Assembly (NCBI GenBank): GCA_036011265.1
Contig: DASCNB010000008.1
Location: forward strand, 1-44,072
DNA from: Nitrospinota bacterium
GTDB taxonomy: Bacteria; Nitrospinota; Nitrospinia; CAJXCL01
DNA: 44,072 nt
Direction: 5' to 3'
Positions within the stretch are counted from its first letter, which is position 1; the number at the start of each line of letters is the position of its first letter. Positions 38,076 through 44,072 of the stretch are shown in pieces. A program made the translations under genes and the position numbers. The notes under the pieces are model-generated. The model was not told the origin of the DNA. It searched no databases and worked only from the letters and a program-made list of their open reading frames with translations.

Positions 38076-38336
38076 ATGAACAGAGTTTATTTTCCGGAAG
38101 CGAAAGCATACAGGATAAAAACGGCGCTTAGTATTAAACAGTTGAGCAAGCTTGCGGGGGTTGATCAAAAATTAATAATCCTGCTGGAATCAGGCGAGGA
38201 AATAGAAGAGACCACTTTTGTCAAAATAGCAAAAGCCTTAAATAAAATACTCAAGGAAAAGAAGGAACCGTTGATTGATATTGACTTTATAGTTAATGGA
38301 CTTGACGATGACGGAAATGATGCGATATTTTTTTAG
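38076..38336 (+). CDS. Small XRE-family helix-turn-helix protein
   Basis: LSIKQLSKLAGVDQKLIILLESGEEIEETTFVKIAKAL fits the HTH_3 pattern. A strong SD (AAGAGGAGG) lies 5 nt upstream. Confidence 0.65.
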   Translation: MNRVYFPEAKAYRIKTALSIKQLSKLAGVDQKLIILLESGEEIEETTFVKIAKALNKILKEKKEPLIDIDFIVNGLDDDGNDAIFF

Positions 38337-38482
38337 CAGACTCTTAAAGAACCGGCATCCCGTTAAAAATCTTTAGATCAGGTGGACTATTCTTTTTTTA
38401 AAAAACCAGTGAAAAAAATTTGATCTAAATGCCTGTTCGGTTAAGAAGATTTGATTTTTGCTCAAAGGTTAAGATGGAAATC

Positions 38483-39028
38483 CTACTTTAATTCTCCAGG
38501 TAATAAGTTGCCACCGGTATCCAAACCGTCGTAAAATTGTTTCAAGCATAAATTGATTTCGTATTTAAGCCCTTCCTTTAGATTAACAAATTCTAATCCA
38601 AACTCACAACCACGACTGTCATAACTGGATTTTATAATTTTGCATAATATGTATTCCAGAGTCTTTCCGGTGGGCAGGTGAATAGTGAGAAAATACGAAC
38701 CGGAACTTTTTATCCTTTCGGGCAGCTTAATCCTAACGCCGCCAGCGCTAATATCTGTAGTCATTCCTTTGTAATTGTCACCTTTATCCGGGTCTCGGCT
38801 GGTATGCAGTCTTATTGGCATGTTCAAATAAGCGCGAGATTGATTCCTCAATAAATGCGTTTCTACATTATCTGGATACTTTAATGCAAACAAATCACAG
38901 GGTGGTATCTCTGTTTTTCCCTTTGCAGAAAATCCTATAACTTTCCCCTGAAAGATATACCGGACAACCCAAATGTCTTTAACGTAAGATTTTACTGGAA
39001 AGGCGCGTTTGAATTTTGGGATATCCAT
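38483..39028 (-). CDS. PilZ-domain (c-di-GMP binding) protein
   Basis: RxxxR (RNQSR) followed about 30 aa later by DxSxxG (TDISAGGVRI). Confidence 0.7.
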   Translation of the reverse strand: MDIPKFKRAFPVKSYVKDIWVVRYIFQGKVIGFSAKGKTEIPPCDLFALKYPDNVETHLLRNQSRAYLNMPIRLHTSRDPDKGDNYKGMTTDISAGGVRIKLPERIKSSGSYFLTIHLPTGKTLEYILCKIIKSSYDSRGCEFGLEFVNLKEGLKYEINLCLKQFYDGLDTGGNLLPGELK

Positions 39029-39161
39029 TAAAACATAATTATCTCTCCTCTACCCGCGGATTACACTCATCCCCTTGTCGGCTGTAGCCGTCGGGCAACC
39101 CATGGACACTTCCAGGTCAGTACTAATGATAGTATTTTTTATGCTCATTGATTAATCGCAT

Positions 39162-39557
39162 CTATTTTTCAGAACGTCGTTTTATAATATTTTCTATCTC
39201 TGTTTTTATTCTCTCAGGTTTAAATGGTTTTGTAATGTAACCGTCTGCGCCATGTTTAGTTGCCTCATCGACTTTATCGTTAATGGATTCCGCGCTCAAC
39301 ATCACAAACATGATATTTTTAAGTTTTTCATCCGCTCTCACAGCTTTTAAAAAAGTAAGTCCGTCCATCCCCGGCATCATCCAGTCCGAAAAGACAAAAT
39401 CAAATTTTCCTTCTTCCTTCAACTTTTCTAATCCAGCCCTGCCATTATGGGCTTCGTGGATATTCTTGAATCCCACTTTACCAAGAGCACTTCTGACGAT
39501 TGCCCGAATTACCTTCGAATCATCCACTAATAATATTTTCATATTATGGTCAAACAT
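39162..39557 (-). CDS. Single-domain CheY-like response regulator
   Basis: KILLVDDS, phospho-acceptor context FVFSDWMMPGMDG, and ITKPF. An alternative start is at 39542. Confidence 0.85.
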   Translation of the reverse strand: MFDHNMKILLVDDSKVIRAIVRSALGKVGFKNIHEAHNGRAGLEKLKEEGKFDFVFSDWMMPGMDGLTFLKAVRADEKLKNIMFVMLSAESINDKVDEATKHGADGYITKPFKPERIKTEIENIIKRRSEK

Positions 39558-39785
39558 AATGCATATATTATCAATAAAATAAAAAAAAATAAAGCCTTGT
39601 AGGGCTACCTTCAGCGCAACCGAAATTAACCCATTCTTACATAAAATACTATATAAATTTTAACAAAAACGGCACTGCTAACATTTTAAAGTAGAAATAA
39701 GGTATTTTTTCAAAATGAAAAGGAGGGTTCGAAATTGACAGGAAAAGGTTTTTTCTTCTAAGTATTAATTATACAGCGAATAGAT

Positions 39786-40901
39786 TTATTTCCCAATGGT
39801 TTCCGCAGAGATTAAGCTGGAAAAATTTTCAAAATATTCAGGATCAAAGTGGCCTTGCCAGCTAGACATTTTTTCGATGGCCACTTCCGAATCAATACCC
39901 TTGTGATAGCATCTATCTGTTGTCAGGGCATCATAAACATCAACAATTGCAGATAATTTACCATATTTACTGATTTGTCCATTAGCAAGTTTATTAGGAT
40001 AACCCTTTCCATCGTCGCGCTCATGGTGTTCAAAAATCACCTTCAATATATCAGGATCAATATTTTGCTTGCTGGCTATTAGATTGCCCTTCTCCGGATG
40101 TTTTTTCATTTCAGAAAATTCATCATCTGTTAGCTTATCCGGTTTTAATAATATTTTTAAATCGACCTGTGTTTTTCCTATATCGTGTAAAAACCCTCCT
40201 TCGCCTACTATCTGTAAATCTAAATCATTCCAGTCAAGATGATACGCAAATGACATGCATAAAGCGGCCACATTGACTGAGTGTATATATGTGTAATCAT
40301 TGTAGGATCTCATCTTGAAAGCCAGTGGTAGAGTTTTTTCTTTATGGACAATCTCTACCATTTTTGCAGTGGTTTTTTTAATAACAGGATAGTCAACCAA
40401 TTTACCATGCATGGCATTTGAAAAAGCCTTTTCAACCATTTGCTTGGAATAGACAATAATTTCAGCTTCTTTCTCTACTGCTTCTTCATCCTGGTTTTCT
40501 TCCTCTTTTTCCTTTTTGCGTTGGAAATCAACCAGCTCTTTCATCTTACTTAATAGCGTATCAAATTTAAAAGGCTTTACGATAAAGTCATCACAACCCG
40601 CATCGATGGCTCTTACAAGTTGCTTTCTATCGGGAGAGGCAGTCATCATAATAATAGGGAAATGGCGGGTCATTGAAACATCTTTTCTAATGAGGCTGCA
40701 GGTAGTAATTCCATCCCTGACAGGCAGTACTATATCCATTAGCATGATATCAGGATTATTTCTTTGCAAAACCTGAGTAGCGTGTCGTCCATCATTAGCC
40801 GTATAAACAATCCAACCTAATTTCTCAAAATGTGCCGAAAGTGTATTCCTGGATTCTTTATCCGCGTCAACTATCAAAACACTATTTACCCAAGTTCCCA
40901 T
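39786..40901 (-). CDS. Response regulator with an HD-GYP c-di-GMP phosphodiesterase output domain (RpfG-like)
   Basis: Receiver domain (VLIVDAD...IMLMDIVLPVRDG...VKPF), followed by HDIGK and HHERDDGKGYP. Confidence 0.85.
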   Translation of the reverse strand: MGTWVNSVLIVDADKESRNTLSAHFEKLGWIVYTANDGRHATQVLQRNNPDIMLMDIVLPVRDGITTCSLIRKDVSMTRHFPIIMMTASPDRKQLVRAIDAGCDDFIVKPFKFDTLLSKMKELVDFQRKKEKEEENQDEEAVEKEAEIIVYSKQMVEKAFSNAMHGKLVDYPVIKKTTAKMVEIVHKEKTLPLAFKMRSYNDYTYIHSVNVAALCMSFAYHLDWNDLDLQIVGEGGFLHDIGKTQVDLKILLKPDKLTDDEFSEMKKHPEKGNLIASKQNIDPDILKVIFEHHERDDGKGYPNKLANGQISKYGKLSAIVDVYDALTTDRCYHKGIDSEVAIEKMSSWQGHFDPEYFENFSSLISAETIGK

Positions 40902-41111
40902 AACATCCTGTTACTGAAAATATTCTTCTACTGGAGTTACAATATTTTTTTATTTTGTAGCACATAATACATATAGGTTAAATAGAGGCAAATACTCAAT
41001 TTACATAAGTACAAGTACTCAAAAATTCTCCCAAAAAAGGGGAATCCCTCGTTTCAGCTTGAATAAGCGGCGTTTCAAAAAAAATATTTAATCCCATAGA
41101 GTGGGTTTAAT

Positions 41112-41135
41112 TCTCCGACGCTCTACGTCGGGAGA
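41112..41135. other. GC-rich hairpin (9-bp stem with one bulge, 5-nt loop) in an AT-rich spacer
   Basis: tctccgacg-ctcta-cgtcgggaga. No U-tract follows on either strand. Confidence 0.5.
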
Positions 41136-41347
41136 AATGTCATTTAAAATCAACAATTTTAGCTCGTTGTCATTTCGAGTCCTTTGCATGTGATTCTGAG
41201 TGAAGAAAAGAATCTCTTTCTTCCGCGTTGAGAGGTTGTCCTGACTGGAATGAAGGAATAAACTCCGCGAGAAATCTTCAACTTTTAGAGAGTTATGATT
41301 TTTCCCGCTGCACGAAATGGTATGGGAAGGTAATTAATGGGGAGACA

Positions 41348-41974
41348 CTAAAGATTGGGTTTATTTTGTATTGCGAAATGGAGAAGTGAATTCGGACCAT
41401 TAAGGCAGAGTTTTTTGCAGATATTTGAACGATGATTTTGTATGGTCCTAAAACTTAAACTTAACTCATCGGCAATTTCTTTACTCGTTTTATTTTCGGA
41501 AATTAATTTAATTACTCGTCTTTCAGAACTTGACAGATTGTCCATAGATGTCATTTCTTTATTTGTTTTTACTAAATATTCTAAAAGTACCGGGCTAATG
41601 AAATGTTTTCCGGCTGAAACAAATTTTAAGGCCGTCAATAGTTCATTTGAAGAGTTGCTCTTTAAGACATATCCTTTTACGCCGTAATCAATTGCCTCTT
41701 TAAAATATTCTTCACCGGTGTGCATCGTAAGAATAATAATCTCAACCTTAATTTTTTTCTTTTGAATTTCTCGCGCGATTTCAAGCCCATTCATATTCGG
41801 CATTGATATATCTAATATTGCGATGTCCGGCTTCCATTTTTTTATTTTATTGAATGCCTGCAAACCGTCTTCTGCTTCGGCAAGCAGATAAGATGAATTA
41901 TCGCCTTTAATGAGATCCACTAAACCAAGACGAATAATTTCATGGTCATCAGCTATCAGGACTTTTATGCTCAT
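41348..41974 (-). CDS. NarL/LuxR-family response regulator
   Basis: Receiver domain (VLIADDHEIIRLG...ILDISMPNMNG) plus a LuxR HTH (LSSSERRVIKLISENKTSKEIADELSLSFRTIQNHRSNICKKL). Confidence 0.9.
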   Translation of the reverse strand: MSIKVLIADDHEIIRLGLVDLIKGDNSSYLLAEAEDGLQAFNKIKKWKPDIAILDISMPNMNGLEIAREIQKKKIKVEIIILTMHTGEEYFKEAIDYGVKGYVLKSNSSNELLTALKFVSAGKHFISPVLLEYLVKTNKEMTSMDNLSSSERRVIKLISENKTSKEIADELSLSFRTIQNHRSNICKKLCLNGPNSLLHFAIQNKPNL

Positions 41975-41977
41975 TAT

Positions 41978-42290
41978 TTATTTCCCCGTTTTGTTTACAG
42001 GAACGGTTACTTTTAATGTTGTTCCTTTCCCGGAATGGGAATCAATTGTTAGTATTCCGCCGCACATTTTTGCTCTTTCCTCAATTCCCTGAAGCCTAAA
42101 TCCTCTATGGATAATATTTTTTGCATACGCTAAAATTAGAGCATGTTTCATTATTATTATCAAATACTTTTGATCTTAACAGATAACTTTTTTATGGCTT
42201 TAGAATGATTTTGACACAGACGGATTAAGTGAGAGAAAAAAGTTTGATGGACCAGTCCGCGATATGTTAACATCAAAATTTTTAAGGAGT
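41978..42290 (-). pseudogene. Remnant of the cognate NarX/LiaS-type histidine kinase (only a degenerate, frameshifted HATPase_c region remains)
   Basis: It ends 4 nt before the RR start. The C-terminal piece HRGFRLQGIEERAKMCGGILTIDSHSGKGTTLKVTVPV corresponds to G2-box to end. An N-box-like FFSHLIRLCQNHSKAIKKLSVKI lies in another frame (tail of track ORF 42160..42453). There is no HisKA_3 or sensor region, and the divergently oriented cyclophilin gene begins at 42296. Confidence 0.6.
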
Positions 42291-42295
42291 GTACG

Positions 42296-42844
42296 ATGAT
42301 TAAACGTATGACATATGTTTCATTGTTTTTGTGCGGTCTATTTTTTTCATCCCCGGCGATTGCAGGGGAAATTGGTGTAATTGAAACTAACTTCGGAATT
42401 ATAAAAATCAAACTTTTTCCAAAAGTTGCTCCCGGACATGTGAAGAATTTCAAGAAACTTGCCAGGTCGGATTTTTATAATGGCACAACTTTTCACCGTG
42501 TAATACCGGGGTTTATGATACAGGGTGGCGATCCCAAAACGAAGGACAATGACCGCTCGAATGATGGGACCGGCGGACCGGGCTATCAAATTAAAGCGGA
42601 ATTTAATAATATCTCTCACAAGCGGGGAATTGTCTCCATGGCCCGCAGCAGAAACCCGGACAGCGCGGGTTCTCAGTTTTTTATTTGCGTCGCAGACGCG
42701 ACTTTTCTTGACGGGCAGTACACTGTATTCGGTGAAGTTATCAAAGGGATGGATATTGCCGATAAAATAGTTTCCGTTAAAAGAGATCGGAGAGATAACC
42801 CCATTGAAAAAATCACGATGATAAAAGTTTCTATCGAGAAGTAA
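42296..42844 (+). CDS. Secreted cyclophilin-type peptidyl-prolyl cis-trans isomerase
   Basis: Signal peptide (MIKRMTYVSLFLCGLFFSSPAIA) and cyclophilin core FHRVIPGFMIQGGDP...GSQFFI. An AAGGAG SD is present. Confidence 0.9.
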   Translation: MIKRMTYVSLFLCGLFFSSPAIAGEIGVIETNFGIIKIKLFPKVAPGHVKNFKKLARSDFYNGTTFHRVIPGFMIQGGDPKTKDNDRSNDGTGGPGYQIKAEFNNISHKRGIVSMARSRNPDSAGSQFFICVADATFLDGQYTVFGEVIKGMDIADKIVSVKRDRRDNPIEKITMIKVSIEK

Positions 42845-43237
42845 TAGGAACTTTCCTCTCAATACCAGTTCTGTCTATCCAATATTCGATGATGTCCCGG
42901 AATATCATTCCCGAACGCATTCCCTCATCTACCATGTAATAATGCTCCTCTTTGTTTCATGCCCGAGTGTTCCCCGCTAAATGAGTGCGAGGACAAGTCC
43001 TATCGGGTATCCAGAATCAAAACCTGTCCTGAACTTGTTGAAGGAAGGGGAAGCAGCAAGCCACGTTAAACGAGGTTTTCTGCGGGGTGGTCAAAAAAGA
43101 ATTTAAGCCATTGTAGTTATGATATCATCCAACCAAAACGGCCGACTACCGCTTTATTGTTGAACTTGACATGCCAGTCCACTTTATGATCCTATAAAGA
43201 GTTTATCAATATCAGATAATATGAGAAAAATATTAAA

Positions 43238-44072
43238 ATGAATAATAAATTTGTTGTAACAATAGCGCTCTTAATTTTTGTCCTTTTTAATTTTCACCCG
43301 GTTTTTGGTATGAAAATGTCTAAATTAGAAGAAGAATTTAAATACCTGGAATCGGAAGCAATTGTTTTCACAGCTACACGCCAAGAACAGAAGGTATCGG
43401 AAACCGCTGCTGCTGCATATGTCATTACACACGAGGATATACGCCGTTCAGGCGTTACTACAATTCCAGAAGCATTGAGGATGGCACCTGGTGTTCAAGT
43501 GGCTCAGATTAATTCCAACATATGGGCTATTTCCATCCGCGAATTTAATCATCGTTATCAAAATAAACTACTTGTATTGATGGACGGCAGAACGGTTTAT
43601 AGCCACATTTTTTCCGGTGTCTATTGGCATGCACAGGATACTTTAATTGAAGACGTGAAAAGAATAGAAGTGATACGGGGTCCGAGCGGAGCCCTGTGGG
43701 GGGCAAATGCATACTCTGGAATTATCAATATTATTACTAAGAGCGCAAAAAAAACTCAGGGAGGAATTCTTACAGCTGGTGGAGGTAATGAGGAAAGAGG
43801 TTTTGGATCTATAAGATATGGAGGGAAGATTGGGGATCAAATCTCCTACAGAGCTTACGTTAAAGGCGCTAAAAGAGATAACTTTATTACTGCTTCGGGA
43901 AATGACCCTAACGATGCATGGGATTCGATACAAGGTGGATTCAGGATAGATGGTGATGTTACGGATAAGAATTCTTACACCTTACAAGGAGATTTGTTTG
44001 ATATTGATAGTGGTGAGGTAAATAATGCAGCATTTCCACTTTCTCCCTTTTCTGCGAGGACTGATGTGAAGA
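43238..44072 (+). CDS. TonB-dependent outer-membrane receptor, N-terminal part (runs off the right edge)
   Basis: Absent from the ORF track because it is open-ended. My translation is MNNKFVVTIALLIFVLF... (signal), AIVFTATRQEQKVSETAAAAYVITHEDIRRSGVTTIPEALRMAPGVQV and RIEVIRGPSGALWGANAYSGIINIITK (plug domain signature). Confidence 0.8.
   Translation, partial: MNNKFVVTIALLIFVLFNFHPVFGMKMSKLEEEFKYLESEAIVFTATRQEQKVSETAAAAYVITHEDIRRSGVTTIPEALRMAPGVQVAQINSNIWAISIREFNHRYQNKLLVLMDGRTVYSHIFSGVYWHAQDTLIEDVKRIEVIRGPSGALWGANAYSGIINIITKSAKKTQGGILTAGGGNEERGFGSIRYGGKIGDQISYRAYVKGAKRDNFITASGNDPNDAWDSIQGGFRIDGDVTDKNSYTLQGDLFDIDSGEVNNAAFPLSPFSARTDVK

Noticed and set aside
42160-42453. Track ORF of 97 aa on the minus strand, considered as an independent gene.
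   Set aside because: Its 5' two-thirds are antisense to the cyclophilin signal-peptide region. Only its last ~30 aa resemble a kinase N-box, so it is interpreted as part of the kinase relic rather than a gene.
978-42862. Many track ORFs lie antisense inside longer, motif-supported genes. Examples are 978..1166, 1840..2193, 4213..4434, 4574..4756, 8821..9018, 9256..9558, 10608..10934, 14238..14447 and its twin 18028..18237, 23425..23995, 25217..25663, 27676..27996, 37172..37750, 39283..39582, 40516..40776, 41442..41687 and 42347..42862.
   Set aside because: Each is fully embedded in, or largely overlaps, a gene with clear family motifs on the other strand. They show no recognisable motifs and have low-complexity composition typical of shadow ORFs. 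The twin 69-aa ORFs simply reflect the duplicated block.
42845-43237. A cobalamin (or other) riboswitch in the 393-nt leader of the TonB-dependent receptor, attractive because of the B12-type radical SAM genes.
   Set aside because: I could not find a B12-box (the nearest string is agccacgtt) or the conserved core helices. The GC-rich patch looks like the interspersed-element type noted elsewhere. An Infernal/Rfam scan would be decisive.
1-44072. A search by eye for CRISPR arrays, tRNA/rRNA genes, transposases, integrases or terminal inverted repeats bounding the glycan island.
   Set aside because: No regularly spaced short repeats, no tRNA-like cloverleaf candidates and no transposase or integrase-like ORFs were seen. 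The only long repeat is the intragenic YfhO block. I cannot exclude small elements without a computational scan.

Overview
This AT-rich 44-kb window is dominated by a cell-surface glycan assembly island of about 34 kb (roughly 1.4-35.2 kb). On the left it is bounded by a truncated hrcA and an SDR epimerase. On the right are housekeeping and signalling genes: a GT2 + EndoQ-like PHP nuclease pair, an XRE HTH protein, PilZ, CheY, an RR-HD-GYP, a NarL-type RR with a decayed kinase, a cyclophilin and a partial TonB-dependent receptor. The island carries a Wzm/Wzt ABC exporter whose Wzt has a C-terminal carbohydrate-binding domain. It also has four cytoplasmic GT2/GT4 transferases and an Arn-like amino-sugar module (DegT aminotransferase, membrane-anchored GT2, N-formyltransferase, WbqC-like protein, TylF-like methyltransferase). 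Five to six GT-C-fold membrane glycosyltransferases are present, three of them YfhO-like. The least conventional content is three intact cobalamin-type (class B-like) radical SAM genes, plus a decayed fourth, wired into the same operons as the GT-C genes; I consider this the best candidate for undescribed chemistry. The two giant YfhO-like paralogs share a sharply bounded ~1-kb 3' block at ~95% nucleotide identity while the rest of the genes is strongly diverged. A small frameshifted gene, missed by the ORF track, lies between them. The locus is littered with gene relics: a GT2 5' end, a radical SAM gene, an SGNH-like fragment and a histidine kinase. Several frame breaks sit in A/T homopolymers, so sequencing error must be excluded. 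I saw no rRNA/tRNA, CRISPR array, transposase or integrase. All functional calls come from motif recognition by eye, without database searches.
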